A stretch of DNA of 63,322 nucleotides, filler included, from Rhabdomonas costata (Eukaryota): the NCBI GenBank assembly GCA_019059605.1. It is 53 parts of 53 records of this genome, joined end to end, with 100 filler letters (N's around TTAATTAATTAA, not from the genome) between each part and the next. Parts side by side here need not be neighbours in the genome. Positions count along the whole stretch, not along the records: positions 9,597 to 10,692 come from JAHMHO010028808.1; positions 10,793 to 11,888 come from JAHMHO010028809.1; positions 11,989 to 13,086 come from JAHMHO010028810.1; positions 13,187 to 14,283 come from JAHMHO010028811.1; positions 14,384 to 15,479 come from JAHMHO010028812.1; positions 15,580 to 16,675 come from JAHMHO010028813.1; positions 16,776 to 17,872 come from JAHMHO010028814.1; positions 17,973 to 19,068 come from JAHMHO010028815.1; 45 more parts are not named here. One strand, 5' to 3'. The notes beneath the pieces were generated by a model. The model searched no databases. It saw nothing but the letters and a program-made list of their open reading frames with translations, and was not told the origin of the DNA. Positions 9,497 to 21,817 of the stretch are shown in pieces; position 1 is the first letter of the stretch, and every line of letters starts with the position of its first letter. The translations under genes and the position numbers were made by a program.

Positions 9497-12023
9497 NNNN
9501 NNNNNNNNNNNNNNNNNNNNNNNNNNNNNNNNNNNNNNNNTTAATTAATTAANNNNNNNNNNNNNNNNNNNNNNNNNNNNNNNNNNNNNNNNNNNNAGGG
9601 AGACGCAGTCTGTCTGTCTTTTACCCATCGTTTTGGACGCAAATGCTTTCAGCTGGGCTCCACTTTTTTTTAAGTTGACACTGATATTTACTTCCTATGT
9701 CTGTTGCTTTGTTGTTATGTCGTGAGGTCCCTCGTCACTGTTCTTGGAAGCCTTTTCAACGAAACTGAGCGGAACGGGTGCAATAGTTTTCTTGTGGTGG
9801 ACCATTCCTGGAGCGTTCTGTGTAGTTAAGCACGGAATGGCCATCTATCGTCGAAAGGGCCGTGTTCATGTGGTGGTTGAGGTGTCTCGAGGAATCGAAC
9901 GATGGACTCCCTGATCTTAGTTCATGCTTCGACACTGCCGCCACAGGAAAAAATGCAATTAAGCCTCGTTTTGCGGTCCGTGAATTCAGCTTGGTGCCAT
10001 TGCATTTATAGGGAGTGGTTTAGGTGGGTCAAGGGGGGCATGGGGTTGCATTGACGCCCGAGTGAAAAGGAACGTTGCGAACAGCAGTGAAGCAGTGCTG
10101 CTCTTCTGCTTCTTGAGGTCGACGCTTGCCTTTGGGGGGACCTGAGGGGCATTTTGAGGTGGACACAGCTTCCGCCTTTTCGTCCCATTGAACAGGTTTT
10201 CATTTCTTCTTTTGCGAAGAAAGCTGTTTTTTGGTGTGCCTCGACACATCTGCTCGCTACTCTTTGCCCAATCCGCTTCCTCTTCTCCCTCCCGGAAATC
10301 TCACTATCTATTGAAGCTTTCTTCTGCTCGCTTTGTTCTTCCGGACCCTTACCCTCTTCCTCTTCGCAGTCTACATCCCGTGGAGAAGACCTTTTTGCCC
10401 AAGGAAGGATATTCCTTTGGAATTGCTGCTGGGCCTGAAGGGTTTTTCCCCGACTCTGAACTCCCTCAACCAAGGACTGCACCAAGGCAGAGTAACAGCA
10501 CTCAAGGATAATGGCCACGGTTCCGTGTTTTTTGGCTTATTTTTCTGATGTGCTTTTAAGGGGTTGGTCGCGATTTTTATGGTGGTTACTCAGTTGTGCA
10601 GTTGTCTGTGTGTGTATGTGTGTGTGTCTGACGCAAACAATGACTCACTCACCCCTGCTGTTCGTTCACACATCCGAAAGAAAAGCTCAAAGNNNNNNNN
10701 NNNNNNNNNNNNNNNNNNNNNNNNNNNNNNNNNNNNTTAATTAATTAANNNNNNNNNNNNNNNNNNNNNNNNNNNNNNNNNNNNNNNNNNNNGTGTGGTG
10801 GGTGGGGGGAAGTCTGATGCTCTGGTGGGGATCCAGGGAGGGGTGAGACTCCGCCGTGGAGTGCGAGGACGGGGTGGAGGTGAGCTGGTAGGGTCCCGCT
10901 CGAGCCGAGCAGGGCGGCTCAATCCCCGGGCTGGGCTCGGAGCGAACCTGCAAAAAACCCACCTCACTTACCCAAGAAAAAACAAGGGTCCAGTTCATAG
11001 CAACCTTTACAGTTTGTGGATGGAAGGAAACGGCAATCGTTTTTAATCAAAGAAGATGTTGAAGGACAGACATCCCCCGGGAGAGCAGTGACTGTGAGGC
11101 ACTAATGGCGGAAACAGCAGAACAAGAGGAGGTTGTATGGTGTGCTGACCCAATTTTTCTCCCCAAAATGAATTTCAAGAGTTGGCTGCAAAAAGAAAAG
11201 GAACCACGAACCACGGAAAAAAGGAAAGGTTCTCTTTCGTAGCGTGGCAGGCCTCACCGGCGGCCCCGTAATGCAATGCAGCTCCACCTCGAGAGGTTTC
11301 ATGCCACCGGGTGAGAAGCGGTTACATGCACAGACACACCGCGTGAACCGTAGTGAATTCCACGGGTGCTCCCATCCCCGTGGAGGTACGGCTCAGCGTG
11401 CAGCCACGGTCCGTCCGTCTGCCCGTGCTGCGACAGGCGAGCATAACAAGAAACACGATCACTCAACATTCTCCAGCTAAGCCTTCTACGGCAGTCAAGA
11501 ATCGAGTAGTGCTGCTCACAGAACAGCCTGTGCGGAGCAGAGCGATTGCATGCAACTTATGGTTGCCCCATCCCACAAAGGAAATATCACGGCACTGAAC
11601 TGACCTCCTGCCAATACCGGGCAAAATTCTTCGCTTCTTAACTGAGGCACGCTTCGTGGGTCGCAAGTTTGAGCAGAAGCGGTGAGTAAATGATTGGTCG
11701 CTGGAACACTGGAGTCACTGTAAACCGCCTCCCCTCCTCACACACAGAGGCAAATAGAAATACCCGGCTATATATTCTTGATAATACGTGAGCATATCGG
11801 AAAAAGGTCAGTGAATCTGTGCCTGAACCCTTCTGTGACCACACCTCATAACGGCAGAGACGCCGAAAGCCGCGAGCTACCCAACAACNNNNNNNNNNNN
11901 NNNNNNNNNNNNNNNNNNNNNNNNNNNNNNNNTTAATTAATTAANNNNNNNNNNNNNNNNNNNNNNNNNNNNNNNNNNNNNNNNNNNNGGTGGTTGTGTG
12001 TCACCCAGCGAAAAGGGCTCCTA

Positions 12024-12106
12024 CGATTAGTGAGGTTCCGGAGGTCGGCTGAAAAGGCTAGATAGGCTCACCTGGTAGAATCCCCAGAACAGCGATAGAG
12101 AAAGAA
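12024..12106 (+). repeat. Dispersed repeat family A, copy 2
   Basis: Homologous to 44-127. Confidence 0.85.
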
Positions 12107-12574
12107 ATGTACTGTACAGGCACTCGCTTTGAACAACTTCTATGTTTTGCTGCGGAAGTGCTTGTCGCCGCACTTTATGCACGTTTGTGGTTTTCCCGAT
12201 TCCAAGAAGACAGTGCGAGAAACGCCTGAGCGCAGCAGCAGTGAGAAAATGGAAATGCTGAAACTCTGGCAAAGGCAAAGACAACAGAGAAAGAAGAACG
12301 GTGGGCCGTGATTCAGTCGCAGTCGTCGAGGACATGAAGTCGACTAAAATTTCCACCGGACAAAATCAACTTGAAAGACAGCGGGTAGTGCCCATGATGC
12401 GAAGAAGCATGCCAGGAGTATGAATCAACATTGCCAGTGGACAAGAAAAGAAAAGGAAGACATATAAATGAATGCGAGCCCGGAGCAAAATGCGGGAGGA
12501 TAACCGAAGTCAAAGCTGGCGGGAAGTGGAGCACTACGGATGACCAATTTCATCTTTTCCGTTTGTCGTTCCAG

Positions 12575-12638
12575 GTTACGCATGGAAACGTCAGCTGTGA
12601 GAACATCTATCTCGCGGAGGGAGGCCGGGCGAAGCTCG
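12575..12638 (+). CDS. Small exon of a protein kinase-like (probably pseudokinase) domain, subdomains VIb-VII
   Basis: TTCCAG|VTHGNVSCENIYLAEGGRAKL(G)|GTATGC. HRDLKxxN is replaced by HGNVSCEN. Confidence 0.7.
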
Positions 12639-14543
12639 GTATGCATCCGCTTGTGTATGCCTTGGATTCTCGTTAACCTCATACACATACACATACCAAT
12701 ACATACCTCATACACATACAGTGTTGCTGTTTCTTGGGTGTTATGAACAACCCCCCTCCCCCCAAAACCGAATACTCTAAACAAACGTAATCCCTCAGGT
12801 GAAGGGGCATGATCATAGGACGCCTGCTTTAGATTCAGAGTAGAACCTGCCAAGGACCACGATGACCCCAAACACGACAAGAACAAGACAACCTTTGGCC
12901 ACAAAAGTCGGTCGTCTGGTTCCCAAAGTGTGAACTGGCTTAAGCGCACTTTATCGGCGAATGCATAAAGGGGCGGGGGTATGTCTCGAGCCTCTTAGTC
13001 TCGCGGCATCTCCCTTCGAGATCGCTGCTCTCCGTGGCCCCAGATCAGGAGACATAGCGGGGGGTATGTCTCGAGTCACACCCCCCNNNNNNNNNNNNNN
13101 NNNNNNNNNNNNNNNNNNNNNNNNNNNNNNTTAATTAATTAANNNNNNNNNNNNNNNNNNNNNNNNNNNNNNNNNNNNNNNNNNNNGTTTTTCGAGCGGC
13201 GCAGCAGGGCTTCCGGAAAATAGAGATGGGGAGATCTCTGAGGTGCTGTGCCTCACTCTGCCCATCCCCGAGCACTACGCCCTGGCCCTGCCCCCGGATG
13301 CCCTGCTCCCTTCTCAGCTCAAAAAGAAAAAAGCGCGCGCACATTCTTGATGGCTCACTGCAGTACGAGACCCATACCGCAGAAATTGGTGCACGCTTGG
13401 TTACCGCAGCAAGAAGCAAACCCGAAGAATTGAATCAAATGCTTTGGTGCTACCAACCTGTAAGAGCACTTCTTCGGACAACTCCTCGGTCCAACGTAGT
13501 ATACGACGCGACGATGAATCACTGTCAGCAGCACCCGAAACCCACTCTGCAAATGCATGAGCATCAGCTTCCCCACCCCGACACTCAGACATCGTCGCAT
13601 CAATGACCAAAGTTTCATTTTTGGTTTAATAACCTGGTGCAGAGCCCATGCAACCGATCTTCCCTCTCCGAGGTCGCCGGAGTCTACGGAGTCTTGAAAC
13701 GACTTCGCAGGGAAGAAAGTTCCACACAAAACACAGACAGATGGCCACACACGCACGCACACACGGACCATATGTGGAACGTTCGGCGGTGATGTGCTGC
13801 CACGGCAACGCCTGTAGATACCGGTGCTGCCCGTTCACCCATTCGAAAAAGAGCAGCTGCAGCTGCGCGACAAAGGCCCTGTGGGGCAGATGGGAGGTTA
13901 CGATATGCGGAACGTTCGGCAGTGAGCCGGTTCTGGTTCCCCACGGCACCGTTCGGTCCAACGGCACCTCTCGCGAGCACCGGTGGCCAACAGCTCGTGT
14001 GCCCGTCAGTCCACAGTGGTCACCAAAAACTAGGCAACCACTCAACCAGGCAACAGCCAGCGCGCAATGCGCCCAAAACACACACACACACACACACATA
14101 CACGACATACTAAACCCTTGCTACGTTCGTACCGTACTTCATTTGCATTTTCTGACAGAAAGGGTACTGAAAGAAACGGCGTGCACGGGTGATGAATACT
14201 GTGTTCATTCTGAACGCCTAGGAAAGTTTGCATTTCTTGGACAGTCCCGTGTGGGTCGTGGGTCGCGGGACTGACCAACAAACNNNNNNNNNNNNNNNNN
14301 NNNNNNNNNNNNNNNNNNNNNNNNNNNTTAATTAATTAANNNNNNNNNNNNNNNNNNNNNNNNNNNNNNNNNNNNNNNNNNNNGGTTGTTCATGTACGCG
14401 CGTGAGGGTGACCATTCTTACTGATAGCGGGTTACCCGTCATCTACTTTGTTGTGCGCGCGGGACTGACTGCGAGTGCGCGGGGCTTGCTGTAGCATTTA
14501 GGCAGGTTGTACACTACAAAGGTGTCGCTCTTTTTTGTTGCAG

Positions 14544-15137
14544 GCGGCGGAGTCTGAGCTGCAGCGTCTGCAAAGTGCGCTGGACCAGGAGCGTGCTGAG
14601 CAGCAGAGGAAGGTATGAGGGGGTTTGAGAGGGTTTTTTCCTGCTATTCCGATCGATTTCGGCTCTTCTGAAAATATTGTCCGCGTCACTCAAAATCCAA
14701 AAGCAGTATACATAAATTAGGCGTTTTTGGACTCAGAAGCTGAAATGGACGGTAAAAAGAACTACGTTTCTTTTTTGAAACGTGACCTTTTTCTTCTCTT
14801 ATCACTTTCGTTAGATATGATGGGGGCATTCTTTCGAATCAGGTTGGGTTCTCAGACGCACATTTGGCATATGCCTCTCCGTCTTTGTCAATGGTCGATG
14901 GTTTCAGACAAGGACAACCGCCAGTGGTGACTCACAAAGGAACCTCGACAATACTCGTCCTTGTTGCCGCAGGCCCGAGAGCAGCAGGCTTTGGCTGAGG
15001 CACGCCAACGTGAGGCTATCCAGGCCCAGATCGAGCAGCAGAAGCAGAGGCAGCTGCAGGAAGAGATGCAGCAGTGGGCCTTGATCCAGAAGCAGCGCGA
15101 GTACGAGGAGATGCTGCGGCTGCAGCAGATGGAGCAG
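14544..15137 (+). CDS. Two exons (14544-14612, 14973-15137) of a Gln/Glu-rich coiled-coil protein
   Basis: Canonical GT-AG borders and phase-0 join: AAESELQRLQSALDQERAEQQRK|AREQQALAEARQREAIQAQ...QMEQ. Confidence 0.75.
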
Positions 15138-15584
15138 GTAGGCGGTGCCCTCCCCCGCTGCCACCGTTGCTACCCTTCGTTTTCTGTCCTTGCTTCAATT
15201 GGAGTGCATCCGGCCCTCGGCATCGCAAGCATGGTCAATTTGCGGCGGAGTGATTTGTGCGCACAGGGTGACTTTTGGGACCTTTTCCAAATATCCATCG
15301 ATTCGTGATGAGCGCTGGATTGCACTCGCGTAAGACAGATCTGCTGTAAAGAACAACACCCGCGGACCCTACCCGATCCTTTGCGCCCAGGGCCGGGCTT
15401 GCAACACGAAGTCCCTGTGCTCCCCTGTGCTCAATATTTGTGTATTGACGTGCTCAATTACTGCTCATCAGCTGTGCCANNNNNNNNNNNNNNNNNNNNN
15501 NNNNNNNNNNNNNNNNNNNNNNNTTAATTAATTAANNNNNNNNNNNNNNNNNNNNNNNNNNNNNNNNNNNNNNNNNNNNGTGGT

Positions 15585-15707
15585 TGGGGCACCACTTAAA
15601 AAGAGTGTGGTCTGCAATGGTCCGTGGGAATTTTTTATTGGAACCGCGGTTCCACAAAACATTACCACGGACCATTGCAGACCACACTCTTTTTAAGTGG
15701 TGCCCCA
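15585..15707. repeat. Inverted repeat at contig start (43-bp perfect arms 15585-15627 / 15665-15707)
   Basis: TGGGGCACCACTTAAAAAGAGTGTGGTCTGCAATGGTCCGTGG and its exact reverse complement. Confidence 0.97.
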
Positions 15708-16298
15708 GCTCCCACGGGCAGCATTAGTCTAATTGTCAAGGAGCGAAGACCCCTGCCGCAGAAGGTCCTGGGTATGGATCAACCGGGAAGTGGGGCTGAG
15801 TAAATCTTAGATATTTTTTAGTGTGCGGTCCGCCGGAAATTGCTACCACTGGAAGCCGCTCCCAATCCTATGAGCACTCCCCATTGTTCGGATTTCCTGT
15901 CTTAGGTCTTCCCCCACCCACACACACACCTTTAGCTGAGTTGTGTCAATACTCAACCTGAGTAGTGATCACTGTTAAGGTGTGTGTGTGTGTGCATGTG
16001 TGTGGGAGGGACCCCTCATGGAGCCCCCATTCCCACTCCTGCCACCACCCGACCCACATGCTCCCCATGGCTTCGGCAAATTCTTGCTTGAGTTCGAGCT
16101 TCATTCTTTCTTGGGTTCGACCCACTGCTAGAGACTTGATGCACACGCGCACGCACGCACGCACGTCACACACAGACACACACACACACAGACAAACACA
16201 CGTGCACGCACTCACCCACCTCTACAGACTGTGTGCCCAGGGCATGCACGCCGCTTATTCCGTCCCGGCCCACACTCCACGACACCACCCACATCCAC

Positions 16299-16553
16299 CG
16301 TGAAGGCCACCAGGGCAGCGATGATCACTGTCTTCACGGGGATCCTGGTCTTCGTCCCACCGCCGCTGCGAGGGCTGGCAATCCCCCCGGGCTCCAGCCA
16401 CGTCCCCGCGCTGCGCTGCGAGAGCGGTGGCGGCCCCCCATCGCGCGGCGAGTTGAGCAGCTGAATGGGAGCGTGCCTCGGCATGCCTCGACTTTCGTTG
16501 ATGGGAACGCTCTGAAAGATATCGAGCACAGCCTCCCCGTGGTGTCCGCACAA
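16299..16553 (-). CDS. N-terminal exon of a membrane protein (cytoplasmic tail + start of TM helix); similar to 21152-21433
   Basis: ...TKTRIPVKTVIIAALVAFT|GTGGAT resembles GWRVPVKVVILVSICMFTV. 5' boundary uncertain. Confidence 0.5.
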
Positions 16554-17972
16554 ACTGGCCTTCTATGTTCCCCCGGCACTTGCTTAAAAAACGCCATAAG
16601 AACCGATTTAACTCAATGCATCCCCACAAGTAACAGCAACTAATCCAGTAGCCGCACTTGACTCCACCCAACACANNNNNNNNNNNNNNNNNNNNNNNNN
16701 NNNNNNNNNNNNNNNNNNNTTAATTAATTAANNNNNNNNNNNNNNNNNNNNNNNNNNNNNNNNNNNNNNNNNNNNGTTGTGGGGGTCAAGATCCTGCAGA
16801 ATGGAGTAATTTCACAACGAGCGGATGGAGAATTAAAAAACTAACAAGTCGGTGTTCTTCAGTGCCGATTTTAAGAGATTAGGAGAGAGATCATGATAAA
16901 AAGTCTGGAATCCGACGTCTGACGTTGGATGCACTTTTGTTGAGTTTGATTTGGGTATAATTTGGTTTTCGTGGTGTTTTTGGGTTGTGATAAGAACCTA
17001 TTCACCTATTCACCTATTTTACAGGTAGCAGCTAAAAAACTCAGCGGAGCGAGGCTACAAGCGAGGTAGAGGCGAGTGATGGTTAAAAAGGTTGAGAGCT
17101 GAACCTCCTCACTTTCTACTGTTCTGATTTAGTGACGTTCCATTATTTCTTGCCTTGTTTTTGGATGGGAAAGGCGTAAGCGGACGGCTGGTAGAGGCAA
17201 GACCTCCAGGACCCACCTCCAAGAGGAACCCTCGAAAGCAAAGGCCCTTGAAACGAGCAGCCAGCAGAAGCTACAGCAATAGACGTCCAGCCAAACCATC
17301 TATTTTGCCCAAGACCCAGTACCGACTCAGCTAAGTAGCCCCCGCCCCAAGCCAGAGCAAGCAAGCGCGGAGCCGAAGAGCCCGACGCCATACACAACAA
17401 AGCATGGAACCAAGATATAGCCCACGCCGCGGCGACAGACCGCAGCGCACAAAGAGACAAAACCAGGTTGGGGTTGGAATAAACTTATCCTCGTTCTGGG
17501 GGTTTCCACCCAGGTAAACCACGGCAGCGCCAACTTAGTGCAAGCTAAGTCGGGATACAGGCTTTCAGAAGCGGAGCCCAGAGCCACGACCACCCGCAAG
17601 AGGTAGGAGGCACGTAAGAGGCTCGGCGGATAGACGGCGTGTGACAGGTGTTAGAAGAGGATTAATAAAGATCAAGAGCGCAGTGTTTAAGTACCACCTT
17701 GACAGGTGGTAGCAGAGGATTTTGTCTCAGATACAGTTTGAGCGCAGCGAGGAGGAAGATACTACAGCACAAGAGGATCACGGCTAAATACCCTCCCAGA
17801 GCAGGCGCGCAGATCCCCAAGGAGGAGAGTCAACGCCAGCTAGCAATGAGATAAATCTGTGAACCCCAACACNNNNNNNNNNNNNNNNNNNNNNNNNNNN
17901 NNNNNNNNNNNNNNNNTTAATTAATTAANNNNNNNNNNNNNNNNNNNNNNNNNNNNNNNNNNNNNNNNNNNN

Positions 17973-18600
17973 GTGTGTGAAGAATGGACGCACGCCACAG
18001 CTGGGCGGCTCGCTGCTCTGGAGGTACCCGCGGCAGTTGCTGCCCAGCTGTGGCGTGCGTCCATTCTTCACACGGCATTGTATGGCAGTGAGGTTCGGCG
18101 GGTTACCTCTTCTCAGCTTTGGCCACTGGCTTTACAAGGCCCCGCTCTCCATTTCTCAATACGGAGCTATGGAGGTTACCTCGGGGCCACCATTGGGAGC
18201 CTGCGCCTTCGGTGACCCACGCCCGGATGTGCTTTCCCGTCGTCTACCGTGGCTCATTAAGCTAGCCAATCTGCCCAGATTGGTCGGGACGGTACACCGC
18301 TTTCTGGCCACCTCTTCTTGACTGCAATGGATTGATCCTACCCCAGCGTTGGCTGCGGCCTTGGCTGATCTTAAGTGAAAACTGACCCGGAACACCTCCT
18401 TCCTTGGCGGGGAGCATTGGCCACAACTGGCCCCGAACCACGCTTCACCGGCAGTGTTTTCCTGGAACCACAAGAAGAGGACGCCCATGCAGGCTCCGTG
18501 TGTACCGATGGCTCTGTTGTTGCCCACCGTGGCGTGGCGGCTGCCTACCAGATGACCACCCGCCGCCATTTCCAATGCATGGTGGTACGTCCCCGTCACT
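17973..18600 (+). mobile_element. Decayed non-LTR (LINE-like) retrotransposon: RT thumb/connector and start of RNase H
   Basis: SILHTALYGSEV (thumb), GPPLGACAFGDP (GGLG-equivalent), VCTDGSV (RNase H first Asp). Stops and frameshifts lie between motifs. Confidence 0.65.
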
Positions 18601-19182
18601 CCATAGGGCAGCCTGCCGATTTGTTCCCCTAACTTCTTCTAATCGAGCCTCGTGTTTCCTTCGTTTGCACGCGCTCTGAGAATTTCGGCTTTGCCAAAAC
18701 ATTGTTGCGCAGAAGAACCCTGTCCGCTCATCACGCATTGGCCGCATTTATTGGGCAGTTTGCCGCTTTGGCGCAAAATCGCCCACATAAAGAAGCAGAA
18801 AAACGAGGAAGTAAACAAACATCGGAGAGGAAAAGACCCTAAAACTGCAAGACCGCGAACAATAAAACCAACGTGAAAAATGCGAAGAATGCTTTTTGAG
18901 CGGAGGCGGATAAAACGTACAGCTCTTTCTTCCCGGCGTGAAAACTACCGTGCGCAGCAGCGACCCATATTGGACCGCGCGTCTTCACGCAAAACGGCGG
19001 GGGGAGCAGTGCAAAACGCCGAAAACCAACCGTGTCACCAGGATGCAGCCCCACCGTCCAACCAACCCNNNNNNNNNNNNNNNNNNNNNNNNNNNNNNNN
19101 NNNNNNNNNNNNTTAATTAATTAANNNNNNNNNNNNNNNNNNNNNNNNNNNNNNNNNNNNNNNNNNNNTCCGCTCACCTTGT

Positions 19183-19352
19183 CGGCTCTCTGGAATCTCT
19201 ATGAAACCTCTGGAAACTAGTCTCTGGAAACACCTTGATGTCATGGCTGTCTTCCTCTGGAATGAGGAACACCTTGGTGACCTGGACCGTTACACCTGGG
19301 CCGTATCCGGGTGATTGGGCGCACGTCAAGCATAAGCATTCGGCCTTATAAC
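19183..19352 (+). repeat. Dispersed repeat family B, copy 2
   Basis: Homologous to 7311-7463. Confidence 0.7.
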
Positions 19353-21151
19353 AGGATACCTCATTTCCCCGTTCGAAAAGATGGGGCGAAAACAAGGGCA
19401 AAAGGGAAGCAGAAAAAAAACAAAACTGGAAGTAGTTGGTCCGCCGATGGGCGCCAGCGATAACCCGTTGAAAAAACGATCGGGAGGAAATGCTGATTCG
19501 TTCATGAAGTGCCCAGTCCCCAATCTTGGCTTGGTTTCTGTCATTTTGAATTGCCTGGCGCAAATCACAACGAAAAAATCGGACATCCGAGGCCCCTTGT
19601 TTTCTTTGTTTGCTGGGCCCCCCTTTTGGAGAGCCGGTTTTTTGAATTTGCAGTTTCCAAGGGCCGGACGTGTAGAACCTTTGGTGGACCGTTAGCTTTT
19701 CCAATCGGAATCGGTTATTTTCGGTTCCGGACGTGAAGTTGTCACGGTACCGTGGCGCTTCTTATGCCCGGCGCTGCTGGTGAGAAACACACACAAGGAA
19801 GACAAAAAAGAAGGCAAAAGGACAGGCAAAGTGCAGGGGCAAACCCGCGTGAAGGGAAACCAAGAAAACGGAAACGCGCGGTAGCGGCACACAAACTTTT
19901 ACCGGGGGGGGGGTGCCGCCGAAAGACACCCATTACATCTTAGCCCTACAGGCGGCAGGGGTGACTGTGTGGGTAAACTTGGCGTTCGGGGCAGGACGGC
20001 CGTGCAACGCACCCCCTGAATTTATGAAGGCTTGAAATGTCACGGGCTGGTCCCGGCCAAAACCTGATGCTTTCGAATAGGGCGAAACCCACGCACCAGA
20101 AATTTGCCACAGCCGAAGAGGACAAACACCCTTGGCTTCCCGTGATTGGCTGGGCTGGTCCTGAGAAGGATCAGTTCCCTCCGAACCTCCGCCCTGGGCT
20201 TCGCAAAAAAAAACCAAGCCACGAAATACTAAAGCATTCAACTTCCACTGAGAACCCCAACACNNNNNNNNNNNNNNNNNNNNNNNNNNNNNNNNNNNNN
20301 NNNNNNNTTAATTAATTAANNNNNNNNNNNNNNNNNNNNNNNNNNNNNNNNNNNNNNNNNNNNTGTGGTGTGGGGAAGCACATACAGCCATTCTGCGCGC
20401 GCTTCCGCTGCGGGAGCCACACCCTGGTTAGCACTCGCTGCGGTGTTGTGACGAGGTTTTTTCATCATGCAATTCCCCGTGCACTTCTCCGCAAGGTGCC
20501 TTGTGTTTGCATTCCTGTATGCCTGTCTCCAGCTTCCCCTCACCAGTCTCGACCTCCCTCTAAGAGTTCTCACTCTCGTTCCCTTGGCTCACCGAAGGGT
20601 TTGGCCGCTTCCTTTCGAGGGGCTTTTTGGGCGCCCTTTGCTATGCTGTGATGACTTTTTTGTGGATCCTTGTTGTGGCTCTCAGCCATCCGCTGTGCCA
20701 TTGTTCTCGCATTCCTTTTTGATTGCTTTTTACAGGAAGGTAGGTTCGCTTTGCACTGTCGGTCTGTCCATCTGTTGGGATTGATCAAGGCCTCTTTAAG
20801 CACAACCCACACCCGTTTGGCTTCCAATAATACCGCAGAAGCTCGGTGTTGGGGCGGGGTTGCCATACGTTTAACGACACATCGCAGCGCTATGACCGGA
20901 CGCGGATGAGAACGTTCTGCACCTTTGACACCCTCGACACCTTGGCGACTTTGAGTTCGCTTGAATTCCCATGTGCTTACCCCGTTGTTTTCCTTTTTCT
21001 ACATTTCTCATTCTTTTACACACTCCAACCTGCCGCCAGTTGCCAATGCCTGTCGACGCTGCTCTCCGCATTATCATGCTCTCTTGCGTCTCGTGTTTTT
21101 TTGGCCGTGCTCGCTTGCCGTTCAAATCTGCAGTGATCCCCTTCATTTGTT

Positions 21152-21433
21152 ATGCCTGCACACGTTGCCCCCTGCGACGGCTCCAGCCATCGTCTCGCCC
21201 ACGGATCGCCCCGAAGATCCATCAGTTCCATCGGCACCTTCAATCGCAGCACTTTCATCACCGATGAAAGTGTGCAGCGAAAGAAGGGCTGGCGGGTTCC
21301 CGTGAAGGTCGTGATCCTGGTGTCAATATGCATGTTCACCGTGGGGCCCGCGATTGCGCTGTGGATGGTGTCGTGGCGTACGGGCAACAACGGCATCAAC
21401 AGCATTGACAGCCTGGGGCAGAGCTCTGTGCAG
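21152..21433 (+). CDS. First exon of a membrane receptor-like protein (Ser-rich tail, TM helix, start of extracellular helix)
   Basis: ATG 21152; KKGWRVPVKVVILVSICMFTVGPAIALWMVSW hydrophobic segment; donor GTGCAG|GTTACT. Confidence 0.6.
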
Positions 21434-21817
21434 GTTACTTACACGTGGGAACTTTTGAGNNNNNNNNNNNNNNNNNNNNNNNNNNNNNNNNNNNNNNNNN
21501 NNNTTAATTAATTAANNNNNNNNNNNNNNNNNNNNNNNNNNNNNNNNNNNNNNNNNNNNTGTGTTGGGGTCTTGCCGGACCGGCCGCGGACTTTTATGTC
21601 CGTGATCTGCAATGATGCAGAGGCATGGTGGAAAGAAAGAAGTGCAGTTGTGTAAGTACAATACATACGCGTCCAGTGCGAAAACGAAGCAAGGAACACT
21701 CTGGTCTCCACTAAGCTGAAGTGGGTGTGAACGCTTCCATCAACTGTTCATTGTCCTTCTCACTCTTAACAAACTCCGTGTTGGCGTGTGTGTGTGTGTG
21801 TAAGTGTACTATTGTGC

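Noticed and set aside
10006-10518. 170-aa minus-strand ORF
   Set aside because: No recognisable motif, splice signals or host-like codon bias.
17143-17872. Possible recombinase or retroelement remnant on the minus strand
   Set aside because: Only vague similarity (GAT...GWTS); no complete motif.
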